64,000 nt of DNA from Octopus sinensis (GCF_006345805.1 NC_043006.1:73408001-73472000), one strand, 5' to 3'; counted from the first letter of the stretch, positions 26,447 through 40,838 are shown. Notes: a model not told the origin generated them from the letters alone. Program-made: numbers and translations.

Positions 26447-27887
26447 TCTATAATAATAAATGGCAAGTTTTTGTGTTTGTGAATTTGTTATTTTAACCTC
26501 TCCGACACTATCCAACCGCCTTGATGAAATTTGACACGTGTGTAGGGCTTATACCCATGCGGTCACTTACGCACTTGGAACTTTAAAAAATAGTCGATTT
26601 TTAATCAGAATCGATTTTCATTTCGGCATTTTTCGCACTAGCTATCGTGACATCAATTTGACGAAAAAATGCCGAAATATGACGAAAAATGTTTCATGGG
26701 TATAAACAGACAGTCTATTAACGGTAATCTATTTAGCATTTGCTAATTCTTCATTTCAATGCGAATTGTTTTGATTTGCTAAAACTTATTTCAATTCGTT
26801 GTTTGTTTTAATTCACCAGCGTTTCAGATTTTAAATAGGTAAGTGCATTTTATTTCTCAAACACAATTTAGGCATTTTACGCACTAGCCGTCATGACATC
26901 AATTTGGCGAAATCTGCCCCAAAGCGTAAAATTTCGCCATTTTACGCAAATGCACAAAAATGACGTCGAGACGGGTTCGCTATAAGACTCTGCTCAATTT
27001 TTCGTCAAATTGGTCCTACCCATTAATATAGATTTAAAATTTTTGAAAAATGTCGAAATTTGACGAAAAATGTTTTATGACTACAAACAGACATTTTATT
27101 TACGGTAATTTATTTAGCACTGTTTTAATTTGCTAAAACTTATTTCAATTCGTTGTTTTAATTCCCTACCTTTTCAGATTTTAAATAGGGAAGTGCATTT
27201 TATTTCTCAAGCATTTTCTACTCAAATATTTCATGCATAACCATAGATATACTTACTGACAATCGAACTGCATTTATACCAAATACTACTTATATACAAG
27301 ATTTAACTTATCAGTATACCTCCTCTTAACTTGCGAATACTTTGAAGTTCAGATTTGCGATAAGTTACTACATGAACCTTAACTCTTATAGAAGGTTCAG
27401 GATCTTATATCACTCTTTTAAGACAGGGAATATTCTCATATGAGCCTCAACTTACTTAAAAAGTCTTATCCACCATGTCACTCATGCAAAAGGATTTTTG
27501 CCCTCAGATTAGATAATCCGTGATATTTTGTCAAAACACGAAACATATGTGGTTTTAGCACCCTAACTTGAGTGGGTTTCGTACACGGAAACTGAAAGAA
27601 GACTGTCGTATATATGTACATATTTCTCTGTGTGTGTGTCTGTGTCTGTGTTTATATCCTCACCATTACTTGACGATCAATATTGCTGTGTTTACATTCC
27701 CAGAACTTAGCGGTTCCGCAAAAGACACTGATAGAAGTACTTTGCTTACAAATATTAAATCCTGTGGTCGATTTGTTCGACCAACAGCAGTGCCCCAACA
27801 TGGCCGCAGTCAAATGACTGAAACAAGTAAAACAATAAAAACCTATGTCATTTTAATTCCGAGCAAGGCCGGGTATCTCTCTGTTAG
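26447..27887 (+). mobile_element. Probable non-autonomous Helitron with an internal SINE A fragment (27575-27835)
   Basis: 5' TCTATAATAATAAATG after A; 3' CCGAGCAAGGCCGGG hairpin then GTTAG before T; internal direct repeat 26670-26860 / 27050-27210. Confidence 0.55.
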
Positions 27888-27927
27888 TATATAAATACAC
27901 ATACACACACGTATGCATACATGTACA

Positions 27928-27934
27928 CACACAT

Positions 27935-28015
<81 letters not shown>

Positions 28016-28024
28016 ACTCAATCA

Positions 28025-28117
<93 letters not shown>
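27928..28117. repeat. (TATC)n microsatellite
   Basis: Direct reading. Confidence 0.95.
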
Positions 28118-28118
<1 letters not shown>

Positions 28119-28531
28119 ATACAAACATACTGCAAGGAATAAAGGAAAACGACTCAATATAAGTACTCGTCAAAAAAGCAAACGATGATCAATGATGAAG
28201 TAATGATGTGAAACCGGTTGGTGTATTTAGCAGCATCATTGTGAATTGATGGATTATAAATATTTGTCAGTTATACAATAGTAATAATTTGCATTATGTA
28301 TATTGAATTCTTTGCGTAGGCATCCATGTGTTTAGTATACTGACTTTCTATTGAAGATATCGAAGACTTGAGAAATATTCAACGCAAAATTCAAACTGCG
28401 CCAAGTGCCAGCACTTTTCGTCAAATGATGTTTCGATATAAAATCTTTGCAAAGTGAAATAATACGTTTGTGGCGGAGCATAAGAGAGATCAAATATTTC
28501 TATCAGATCCCTTCGTTAGAAGATGAACATT

Positions 28532-30292
28532 TCGAAAGAATTTTTGCCAGCATCTTTGATTTTATTAGACAAGCAATAACCAGAATAAGAGCAACAGAAG
28601 GAAATTCGAAAACAATAACAACCACATCAATAATAGTAAAAACGTCAACGACAGCTCCATAAAAACAACATTCTATTAGACATCCTGTCGTCGGCCACGT
28701 TGTTGAATGGAGACATCTGTTCCGTTTAAGGAAAGAATTTCGTTTTATAAGATAGCACCAGAGCCAACTCTACAGATTATGCGTGTAAGTGTATAAAACT
28801 AAAAATAGAATACGTATAAAAAATGTATGTATGTATTCGGGTATATATCTGAATTAGACAACCAGAGTAAGGAACGGGGATTGTGTTATAAGATTAATCT
28901 GATTATTCACTAAATAAATACCGATAAAATATGCATAAGATATGATAGACATCTCTCGTACGTAATATGCATAAAGCTCTCTTAATGCATTTTCTTGCTG
29001 TATTACAAATTATCATTGTTAAATCTCTCAAGTATCAACTTTTCTAAGTGCCAGTAATGTATTGAATGTTTAACCAGCTATACTCTCCTATAATATAACA
29101 GTTGATCTTGATGATAAATCTTGTTGCCTGCGAGTGCACGTCATTGACAAAACTCAAGAACGCCGAAGTGTTCTGACGTTCTCGCTGAGCTGATTTTTCG
29201 TTACCCTCCTATAAAGAATGTGCTTTGAACACAAAATAATTTATTCCACTTTGGCCGCCTTTTTGTATTTATTATTCATCGACACCAACCATTTCTAATT
29301 CATTATGATTCCACTCTTTCACCTTGCTATTTCGGTATATTTGATTATTTCTCTCAATATCCGGACAACCTGAATGAGTAAGTATACTTTTATCTTTCTC
29401 TTTCCTTACATTCTTAACGGTTTTCCATGTCTTTTTTTTCATGGCCGCTCTCAATCTTTCCTTTCTTTACAACTGATCTCTGAATCTAATTGAGCTTTAA
29501 TTTGTCCCCTCTTTATATCTCGACCTCATTTTACTTCCTCCTTTCAAACAGCACTTCGTTTTCCCTCTCCTTTTGAATCTGCTGTTATTTTCCCTTCCAT
29601 CTTTGTTCTTCACACAACTCTTAAGCTTTCACTCTGATTTCACTTCCTTAATATATCACTACTTATCCTCATTTTCTCTCCTCTTTTTCCTCTTTAGCAT
29701 CGCATCGATTATTTTGATCTGTATGATACCGGAGATCTCTCTTCACCCAATAATATCGCCGACATACGTTTATACATGACCACAGAATAACAACAGGAAA
29801 TGGTTGCCATTTTGATCAATAGCAAACACATTATTTAACTCAATCGAAACGGATCCCTTTAAAACCTATTATCAACTGTTTATTACTCAAATAAACAGAG
29901 ATGTTCACGCTGATAAAAGCAACCGAGAACCAAACTAGTCTATGTCTGCGACCGAAAGGTGAAGTGTATTTAAGATAACCTTGTGAAGTAACAGAAAACT
30001 GAATTGATTTACAACGAGCAAAAGATATACAGATCAATATTGCTGAATCTGTAGAGTTGGCTCTGGTGCTATCTTATAAAACGAAATTCTTTCCTTAAAC
30101 GGAACAGATGTCTCCATTCAACAACGTGACCGACGACAGGATGTCTAATAGAATGTTGTTTTTATGGAGCTGTCGTTGACGTTTTTACTATTATTGATGT
30201 GGTTGTTATTGTTTTCGAATTTCCTTCTGTTGCTCTTACTCTGGTTATTGCTTGTCTAATAAAATCAAAGATGCTGGCAAAAATTCTTTCGA
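28532..30292. repeat. 247-bp inverted repeat pair (28532-28778 / 30046-30292)
   Basis: Near-identical reverse complements, e.g. GCACCAGAGCCAACTCTACAGATT / AATCTGTAGAGTTGGCTCTGGTGC. Confidence 0.9.
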
Positions 30293-30444
30293 CTTTTGGC
30301 TTGAAGGCAAGAAAGTTCAGTTGATAAATATCGCATTAGATGAAATTGAATAAATCATGTTTGAGAATGATACTTATTTATCTACTTATCCACTTAGGCA
30401 TACAGAAACACACACACACACAGACACACATTTCTTGTCTTTCA

Positions 30445-30493
<49 letters not shown>

Positions 30494-31819
30494 ACACACG
30501 TACGAACACGCAGTCCACATAGACAGGCGCACGCAAGTACCCAAGCGTTCATATTTACTCATACAGTATAAGAAAAAACAACTCATTTAAATGTATTAAT
30601 ATAGTTTTATAGTGTCGGTACAAATGGTTAAGAAGTTCACTTTGCAAATAATTATGAGTTTCCAGTTTCAATCCCATAATCAGGTAACTGACTAGTATAT
30701 TTTAGCATAGCTTCGGGTTGATTCAAGTATCATGAAAGAAATTGAAAAGACAAAAACGAACTCTAGTCCAAAAGGCCAGCCTTGTTACATATTGTATAAC
30801 GTTGAATCAGCCCGAGAATTGCCTTAAAGTTATATAAGTTTGTGAAATTCTCAGGTACTTAAAAAAGTTGGTTTAAGAAGGAAGTAGTTCAGTTGATCTT
30901 ACGCCTCAAAGATCATCGTTGAAACCGACGGAGGAGCCATCGTAGCATCAGCGTTATGGCCTTTTTTTTTAACTCTTGAAAAGGCTGGAGCAGCAGAAAC
31001 TGTAAACATTACCATGGGATTAAATATCTTTCAGGTTTTAGAAACATAACTTTTTTTTCCCACATTCTGAGTTCAAGTACTCTTTTTCCTTCGAAGGGGA
31101 TGGGCATGAGAGGTAAACCTGAAATATATAGTAATTATTTGCATTAGAAGAGAATCAATTGACGAATGTCTTAACAAATATGTGACACTGTGCCAGAGTC
31201 TAAGATCAATATTATCGAGTCGTAGTAGTAGATGCTGTTTAGCCCCGGGTTAAGTTTGATCAAGGGAAATATATAATAAATCCTTCCCATCCACGACCCT
31301 CCTATATCATTTTTAGACTGTGTATCTAGAGCTACAATATTCAATTTCTCTTTCATTTTATTCTGTTTAAGAAGGTCAAGTGTGGATTGAAGATCAAGTA
31401 GCTGCAATTCTAATAAATCGAGTGACCACGATGTGTTTAGTCTCAAGTGAATACATACATATATACATACATACATACATTCGTATATACGAGGTAGGTG
31501 CTGAAAAGCATATTACGTACAAACAACACGAGATTCTATGTTATTTGTACGTAATATGCATAAAGCTATCTTGATGCATTTTCTTGCCGTATCAGAAATT
31601 ATTATTGTTAAATCTCTTCAGTATCGACTTTTCTAAGTGTGGACTTTTCTAAGTACCAGTAATGTATTGAATGTTTAACCAACTGTACTCTCCTATAAAA
31701 TAACAGTTGATCTTGATGATCAATCTTGTTGCCTGCGAGTGCACGTCATTGACAAAACTCAAGAACGCCGAAGTGTTCTGACGTTCTCGCTGAGCTGATT
31801 TTTTCGTTGGCCTCCTATA
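28958..31819. repeat. ~275-bp direct repeat pair (28958-29232 / 31547-31819)
   Basis: TACGTAATATGCATAAAGCT..AGAATGTGCTTTGAACACA in both; the second copy has a short internal duplication. Confidence 0.9.
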
Positions 31820-32100
31820 AAGAATGTGCTTTGAACACATGTCTATAAGAAATTTTACGGCGAACTAAAATCGCAGTATCTTGTCTGTCAACAGCGTAAT
31901 TACGTTTTCTCTCTCTGCTTATCTATTTTTCGTTTCTTCTTCCTATTATTTCTTCTTTCTACCATTTTCACTTGACTATTTCCCTGTTTTTCTCTATTTG
32001 CGTACATTTCCTTGTATGTTTCCAATCTTTTCTCTATTTATCTTTCTATCTGTCTTTCTAACTCTGTCAGCATATCTATCTACCCATCTACTCTTTCTTA

Positions 32101-32452
32101 GTGGAGGCGCAATGGCCCAGTGGTTAGGGCAGCGGACTCGCGGTCATAGGATCGCGTTGGGGGTGTTTATTGAGCGAAAACACCTAAGAGCTCCACGAGG
32201 CTCCGGCAGGGGATGGTGGTGATCCCTGCTGTACTCTTTCTCTCACTCTTTCTTCCTGTTTCTGTTGTACCTGTATTTCAAGGGGCCGGCCTTGTCACTC
32301 TCTGTGTCACGCTGAATATCTCCGAGAACTACGTTAAGGGTGCACGTGTCTGTGGAGTGCTCAGCCACTTACACGTTAATTTCACGAGCAGGCTGTTCCG
32401 TTGATTCGGATCAACCGGAACCCTCATCGTCGTAACCAACGGAGTGCTTCCA
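32101..32452 (+). mobile_element. SINE family C
   Basis: Reverse complement of 14811-15168. Confidence 0.9.
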
Positions 32453-32606
32453 AACTCTTTCTTATGTCTCTATGCTTACCTATCTATTACTGTCTTTGCC
32501 TACCATTTTCCCTTAACAACTACCGCCATCTTTCTGTTCACGTATTTTTCTTTCAATGTTCGCATCCATTTATCTTTTAATCGTTGTTTCTTTCTACATC
32601 CACTCC

Positions 32607-32790
32607 TTATTTCTTATTTCTTTATTGCCCACAAGGGGCTAAACATAGAAGGGACAAACAACGACAGACAAATGGATTAAGTCGATTATATCGACCCCAG
32701 TGCGTAACTGGTACTTATTTAATCGACCCCGAAAGGGATGAAAGGTAAAGTCCACCTCAGCGGAATTTGAACTTAGAACGTAAAGGCAGA
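32607..32790 (-). mobile_element. SINE family B, 5'-truncated
   Basis: Matches 2363-2530. Confidence 0.88.
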
Positions 32791-33266
32791 CATTTTATCT
32801 ATTATTTCTATCTATTTATTCTAGCTATTTATTCTATCGCATTTTTCGACATTCTCTCATTCAAATTTAGTTTCTCTAACTTTCTATCATTTTTCCTTTC
32901 GTCCGTCCCTACTCTATCTTATCTCCGTACGGCATTTCTCTCAACCACTTATACTCCTTTTTCTTCCCTCCTAAAAGGCACCTCGTGATCTTCCTGTTGT
33001 TCAAGCTTGCTATTCCTTGTTTGCACTTACCGCTCTCATAGTCACTTGCCTTTTTCCCAGTTCCTGATTTATCGAACGCTGGAAAGATTTTGTTTTAATT
33101 ACTATGTAATTGCAAAGTTTGTTTCTCAACCATATGGTCTTGTGGTTTGTCTTCCTGCGTGGCGACTTGAGTAAGTATCTTCCACTATGGCACTAGACCA
33201 ACCAAAGCGTTTTGAGTGGATTTGGTTGACGGAAATTGAAAGAAGCCTGTCGTATGTATATATTTA

Positions 33267-33299
<33 letters not shown>

Positions 33300-33465
33300 T
33301 GTGTGTGTGTGTGTGTGAGTGGACGCACGTGTATGTGTGTATGCATCAAGTGTGTTCCATGCATATTACGTACAGATAACGCAGAACCTTATGTATGTCT
33401 CTCAGTGAATTAAAAAATACAAAGCAACAGGGATTATTCGAGCAACTATTAGGCATATTATTATA

Positions 33466-33872
33466 GGCGCAGGAGTGACTGTGTGGTAGGTAGCTTGCTT
33501 ACCAACCACATGGATCCTGGTTCGGTCCGACTGCGTGACACCTTGAGCAAGTGTCTTCTACTATAGCCTCGGGCCGACCAAAGCTTTGTGAGTGGATTTG
33601 GTAGACGGAAACTGAAAGAAACCCGTCGTATATATATATATATATATATATGCGTGTGTGTATGTGTGTGTCTGTATGTGTGTGTTTGTGTGTCTGTGTA
33701 TGTCCCCCAAACATTGCTGGACAACCGATGCTGGTGTGTTTACGTCTCCGTAACTTAGCGGTTCGGCAAATAGAATAAGTACTAGGCTTACAAAGAGACC
33801 GATAGATTTGCTCGACTAAAGGCGGCGCTCCAGCATGGCCACAATCTGAAAAAAGTAAAAAGGTAAAGAGAG
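33466..33872 (+). mobile_element. SINE family A
   Basis: Colinear with 8608-9048. Confidence 0.88.
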
Positions 33873-35474
33873 TATAAAGGTCTCTCTAAGAATTCTAAAA
33901 GTCTTAAATCAAGAACACAAAGAGAGATAACTAATTAGTTGGTTGAAATGTTTGGAGAAAATGGACAACGCAGACTGAAGTGTATCTGCTCTTTAAAAGC
34001 AACTGGTAAAAACAGCACACATGTTTATCTCTTATAAGATCTTCTTCGTCAATCATGCCGGTGTAGTGTGTTTTGTTTCTCGCTCGATAATAACTTGGGC
34101 TGGGAGAATAACACTTAACTTAGCTTTTACTAAGTTTTTAAGGGCTAACTCATTCAATTTTTCTGTTTCCAGCATCATGGAAATAAGAAGGTATCGAGGA
34201 AGCGTGTGTGTACATGCTGTTATTATGATGCTTTTAAATTCAGTAATTTTTGTTAATAATTTTTGTACAGTAGTTTGATTAAAAAATATCAACATTCCAG
34301 AATTTCATAACTTGCTCTCAACTTTGAAATCATATTACGAAGAAATCTATATAAAAGCCTGATAAATTGCATAAAAATTAAACTGTTAAGAAAACGATGC
34401 CACAAATTAAAATTTTAACAGGATTAAGTATATTCACGCCAAAACCAAAACTAGATTATAACTTGGTATTATTTCTACCAGTAAGTACTGAAGACAATTT
34501 CTTTTTTAATGGCTTATCAGTTAAGTGTAGTCTCTCCATAACGGATAAAAATATTAATGAGGGAATCACTTAATATCCTAAATTGTTCATTTATTGGAAT
34601 TTAGTTTGAGAAATGCTGGCAAATTAGATTTGTGTTATGCGCTATCAACTGGATAAGATATTTACGCAGGTGAAAAAAAACCCAAAATAATGATTAAAAC
34701 GTTAACAAGATAAGGTGTATTTTGATATCTGGTAAAAGAAAATATTACTTGATGGATAATTGCTATTTTCACTGGCAAATTTTCTTTGAGAAAAAAATAT
34801 TTGCTACATTATATGAAACCACTTTTGATTGAAAAGAAAATATTTGTCTCTCTAACACTTCTGACATAAAGAACATTGAAAGCGTTTTTTAAGACGAATA
34901 TTGAGGAAATATAGACATTCAATGAATTTTGTTCAGACGATGATTATTTTCCATCTATAAGGTGAAAATGCGTGGCCTAATGGTTCGGATGTTGTACTCA
35001 CAATCACCAGATCGTGGGTTCGAATCTCAAACTAGACGGCGTGTTGTGTTCTTGTGCAAATGACTTCACTTCACGTTGCTCTAGTGCTGTGTTGAGAACG
35101 GCATACCAAAGAATAGACCCAACGTTCCCTCTATGTGTCGTGAAAGGCGATTAAAAGAGTTGGAGGTAGAGTTTTTATTTCGTCCTCGTAAAATCTTCAC
35201 CAGCAACGTCTACTCAATCAGACCTATGGGCTGGAGGATTGTCACCTACGTGGAGCAAAGGCGACATCTACCAAGAAAAGGAGGGAATCATTAGCAAATG
35301 GTCGATACAGTTATGTGCTGCTACAGCGCACAATCCCACACTCCTCCTTCTATAAAAATGCTATGTTTTGATTGTGATTACGGACTTCTTGTATAATCCT
35401 TAAAAAACTATCAATTCACCTTCACCAACACATAATTCCGATATCCCTTCTCTAACGTCTGTCTTTACAAGCTA

Positions 35475-36720
35475 ATTCTTTATTAGGCACAAAGGCCCGA
35501 AACATAGAATGGATGTCACAAGGACAGACAGAACAATACAAGTAAGGGCAAAAACATGAAACAGATGACAGGTGAAATTATATAAAAATGAAGGTGAAGC
35601 GGCCACTGGAGCCCCACTCTCGGGTGGTTACATTTAACTGTTTTTCTTTTCAGTTTTTTTTCATCAAATTTTCATCATTTAACATTTTACTGTATTTTCT
35701 AGTTCAGGTACTGTATTATGCCTTTGTAATCCACGACCGGAGGTAAGGTTTCGTATTCTACCTCCTCTCCTAACAGGTCAATGAAGTGAACTAAATGTTT
35801 CTTTTAATTTTGTGTATTTTTCTCTGTCGATTATATTCCGGTTTCCCCTCAGACGGCAATTTCACTCTGATTACCAACTTATTCTTGGTAATCATGCGTT
35901 CGATTGCCGTGCTTTTGGCGTATGTCATAATGTGAGCCTTGTGTTTTCGGGGGATTTTGTGGGCCTGTGTGTTTTGTCTGTCAGCATTTAGGTCTGTATT
36001 ACTACATTGGGTGCTGGAGTTAACCGGGGTGGTATCACTACTTTTTGGTGTTTCTACTTGTGGTGTATGCTGTGTGAGTATGTCTAGTCTGTTAAATGTT
36101 TGTGTGTCGTCTTCAGTGTTAATGTTTTTCTTTTTCTTTTTAGATGTAACCACATCTCTCTTTCATTTTGGAATTTCAATGAACCCCTCTTCGTCTGTGT
36201 CTTCCGTATTTTCTACCATGATTGGGGCAGTTGTCTCGGTAATTCTCTCTGGTTAACTTTGCTTTTATGTGTCCCTTCACACCTCAGTGGTAGCAGGTGG
36301 ATGGACGACCCTCCACTACCACTCTTAATTTCTTATCCTCTGGCAGCAGTATTTTTTCCTTTATCATATTCAATTCTCCTTGGCTGGCTTGGACCACCAT
36401 TTCCAGTCCATAACCCCACGAATTCAGCTTCTTCTTGTGACTTGCAATATTTTATTTCTTCCGTTTCATAAGTTATGGCTGCTACTAACCATGCTTCCTC
36501 TAGTTCTGGCGGTACCCTGCCAACCCTGATTCTCGCGACTCTTTTGCCGCAGTAGGTTGGCAGGAGCACCCATTCCTGTGATCTCAGAGGTACTCCCGAC
36601 GTAGTCTGGTGAGCATTCATTTCAAAATTCATTACCCCAAACTAAGGAAAAGAACAGCAATCAAAATAAAAAAAAACCATAGGCGAAACCGTATCTTTCC
36701 AAGCGGCACATGCCTCACTG
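35475..36720 (-). mobile_element. Probable non-autonomous LINE derivative: degenerate ORF1-like coding remnant, no RT, SINE-like 3' tail
   Basis: Open frames 36333-36632 (..RVARIRVGRVPPELEEAWLVAAI..) and 35791-36153; the 3' end resembles SINE B tails. Confidence 0.5.
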
Positions 36721-38769
36721 ATTTTTTTGTATGTCCAGCACGTATACGTACTCGTACAATTTAGAACCGGCCATTCACATTCCACCACCACAAGGAATAT
36801 ACCACTTAATAAAATATTTGATTAACACGTATGTCATGCTGATGATTCCTACGAAGAATGAAATAGCGCTTTACATGATTGCTACTGACTATAAATTTTA
36901 AGAATTTCGTAATAAGTTAACAAAAACAAACTAAAAAAAACAACATATATATGTGAACTATGCATCTTTTTCGCTATTCCTTAATTCCAAGTTCAAACTT
37001 TTAACATTAGGAAGAAATGATTATCGCCCTTATATTAACAGTCCACTACGGGACACAACGTGAATTTTATCAATAATCTTAGCTTGTAGCTGAAAAAAAT
37101 GGTAAAATTTAATCTAGTAACATATATGTAAAATGGGAAACAAATCATATATAGAGTTCGGGCACATCGTGAATTATAAAAGAATTAAGATCATACAGGA
37201 ATGCTAAGTGATAACATTTGTGGAGTCTCATTTGGATGATTGCTATTGAAGCAAGATCGAACGAGGGGATTTTCTATCTTTCATTGGTATAACTAAAAAG
37301 TAATATTTTGTCTCAAAATCAGAATGAAGAAACGAATAAAGTCAAATAATCTTAAAATATAAATTCCAATAACTTTCTAAGAGTGCCACTACTTTCCTAT
37401 TGTGTAGCCTAATTTTTCCAAGAAAAACACATATCACTCACTATGACAGCTGAAACAGTGAATTCGTTTAAATTTGAAAAGGCCAAAAAGAAAGAAAAAT
37501 CCAAGACAAATCAGCGAGAAACACAAAGGATTAAACAAAGCTTTCTATAGTGAATAATTTAGAAAGAATGGTTACAATTTGTATCAATTAACTAGCTCGG
37601 TAAGAGGAATGTTGTCATCCAAAGAAGACATAATTAAAAAAAAAATGATAACTAAAACAACGCTCACAAATTTTAGAACTCACTTGATGTGCATAATCAC
37701 AATTACTATTATGCTTGGTTCTGTGAAGACAAGCAGTGCCATTATTATTGTTAACATTAATAATGTATGTTGGTGGTAAAAGCACTGAAATGATTTTCCT
37801 CATTAATAAACGCAAATTATTAGTATAATGATAATAATTATTATTATCATTCAATAGTTTTATTTTTGCATGATTTCAGTGTACCACCAAGCACAGCTTT
37901 GTCGCCTTGGGCACATACTGTGCTTTGCATTGCATTGCATAGGAAATACTCTGTGTGTTATAAGTATGCACTGCCCAATAGCGGTAGATTCTACATATTG
38001 TACATATTTGCAAGTCCCGATCTTTTGCTTATGCATTTATCAATTTCTTAATTTTTTTAATCATTCCCAAGACACCCAATATTACAATGCATGTTTCAAT
38101 TTTTAATCTCCACATTTTCGTTATATCTTATTTCAGGTTTTTACATTCGAGCTTTTCCTCCATTTCTTTTAATCATACATTTCGCCCTCGAGACTGTTAC
38201 GTCGATTAAAAGTATTTCCTTTCTTAGTAGTTTTAAGAACAATATCCGGATGATTAGTCTCGATCTGCCTGTCTGTATGGATTATCATATCTAGAGTATG
38301 GTGGCTATGTAGACGTTTTCTAGTGCGTATTTATTCCATATCTTTATGTAGGTATTTCAAAATGTCAGCATGATACCTTGTGTATGAAAGCCCTCTGTTA
38401 TGTCTGTTTTTAAATTATTTTTTTCAGATTAAAAATGGATTCTCAGTAACAATGGGGGTTATTCTCCAATGTCATATATTCTGTAGTTACTAATGTCTGT
38501 GCTTCATTAACTGCTTGTTGGATGGGGTATTTCTAATGAAAAGTCTTTGTTCATGTGCTGCATTAAAGAAAAACTCATTCTTTGAGATTTACATTTCTCT
38601 AATTAGAGAACACTGCGATTTTCCTTTGTCTACTTCCACCATGTTCAAAAGGTTCTATCATGTAATGCAGCCTCATATATGGAGAAATATTTATATGAAT
38701 ATGGAATATGCATTTGTATGTGAATACATATGTACATTTGATATATTTGCATGTGAACATGTATGCATA

Positions 38770-39648
38770 CAAAGTGCGGTGAATAAACTGTCGTCTAAAT
38801 TACGCAAAAATGAAAATAACACTGACATCTCATTTTAAGAGATATATTTACCTAAATTACAAAAAAATATCTTGAAATACTAAAGAGTAAATTCATTCAA
38901 TAAAAGCGCCATTGGCTTCAATCACAGCCTCCAGACGACTTCAGAATATCCTGCAACTCTTCTGAACGGTCTCCTTGTTTAAGTTGGTGAATGCTGCCAT
39001 AATCCTTGCCTTCAGTTCATCTTTGGTGTTACAAGGAGTTTTGTTGGTCTCTCGCTCAACTGCACCCCACACATAATGACCAAGTGGGTTGCAGTCTGGG
39101 GAGTTAGGTGGCTAGATGTTAGTGGTGACATGTTTGCAGAAATTGTCTGACAGCCATGAATGGGTTCTCCTGCTTGTCTGGCATTGTGCAGGGTCCTGTA
39201 GCCAGACATAGGGTCTTCCAGCAGCCACCCTCTTGACACAAGGCAGCACTTCCTCCTTCTGACATTTGCTGTAGACCACCGTGTTGAGTTTGAGGCCGTG
39301 TGGGAAGATGAATGAAAAGATAACGTCGCCATCACTAGTGATCACTCCAAACACCATGATGTTGACTGGATGTTTGATTTTTATCACTCTCGGTACAAGT
39401 CCCCAGATTGCACTGTCCTAAGATTGACACACGAACATTCTGAAATGTTCGTACTAGAGCTTCCGGCGCGAGTGCCAAGAAGTACAGCATGCCGTTTCCG
39501 AATTTCCGGCAGAGTGAACTGCATCATGGTGCTGTTTTTCTCACTGAGGGTGCCCATCTTACCCTACCATACTGTGAGTCGACAACAAACAATGCGCATG
39601 CATGAAATTAAAAATATAAAATGGCAACAATTTACCCATCGCACCCTA
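38770..39648 (-). mobile_element. maT-type (DD37D) mariner, internally deleted
   Basis: KHPVNIMVFGVITSDG..VWLQD..PPNSPDCNPL(G)HYVWGAVERETN with 37-residue spacing; imperfect ~26-bp TIRs. Confidence 0.85.
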
Positions 39649-39700
39649 AATATTTAATTTGAATGTATATACACACACCCATATACATGTTTATATGTAT

Positions 39701-39750
<50 letters not shown>

Positions 39751-39884
39751 ATATGTATATAAATACAAAAACACATATTCATTGGAATATGTGACAATGA
39801 ATACATACACACAGCACATACATATAAGCATATACAAAATTAGTGTTATTTTAAAGTTAAGTTAGCTTAATAATAATAATAATC

Positions 39885-40080
39885 TTCCTACTCTAGGCAT
39901 AAGGCCAACATTTTTGGGTGGAGGGGCATAAATGATTACATCGATTCCGGTGTTCAACTGTCACTTATTTCATCAACACCGAAATGCTAAAAGGTAACGT
40001 CGACCTATGAACGTTAAGGCAGAAGAAATGTCGCTAAGCATTTTGCGCGGTGCGCTAACGATTCTGCCAGCTCACCGGTT
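39885..40080 (-). mobile_element. SINE family B-related, diverged
   Basis: GCTAAGCATTTTGCGCGGTGCGCTAACGATTCTGCCAGCTC head in reverse. Confidence 0.7.
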
Positions 40081-40475
40081 TCGGTTTCCGTTTAATAATA
40101 AGAAACATCTACTGATGAGGTGACTCAATACCGAGGCCAAATTGTTGGCTTTCAACCATTTGGGTCAATGAAAAGTAACAATTTAGGAATGTAGACTAAT
40201 GGAGTTGATAACGCGACTTGTGTTGTGTCTCTGTCAAATCTTTGTTTTCTGACAGCAACAGCTGCTACGATAGTGGAAGTCAAGCTCAAGGGGCTCTTCC
40301 TTTTCCTTTGAACAATATCGAAGGTAAGAAGGGAGACTTGAATGATTATATAACTGCTGGTATTTCATACAATAAAAAAAAAACAGCGTATCAGGGCCTG
40401 CGCTTGGCGGCGAACTTTCTAGGTGCCGATGGATGATCTTACGAGACAGACACAAATCCTTCCCTCCTCCCTCTC

Positions 40476-40517
<42 letters not shown>

Positions 40518-40838
40518 ACACACACACACACATGCACACTAACATAAATGTTTTTGATTATTTGTTTTTATAAGAAATAATACATATCGAAGGAATGTAC
40601 TTTCATCTTGATTTCGATATTTCACGGTTCGGGTCCTTTGTTGAGAAAATCTTCTGGGAAATGGCTTTGGGAGATGTCTTCTCTGATCTACAAAGATTTC
40701 CTCTACAAGGGTTCCTAATCCTGAATTACTGAAATACAAGGTAAAAGTACAACCCATCTGTATTATTTCTATATTGTTTCATATAACTTGCATTGTTTTG
40801 GCTTTATGAAAATAAAAGCACTTATATATATATTAGAT

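Noticed and set aside
34021-34295. Protein-like ORFs on both strands
   Set aside because: Short, no recognisable motif, no convincing splice pair
40112-40140. CTGATGA-GGT..ACC-GAGG hammerhead-like motif
   Set aside because: GAAA is replaced by GAGG and no stem I or III partner is present
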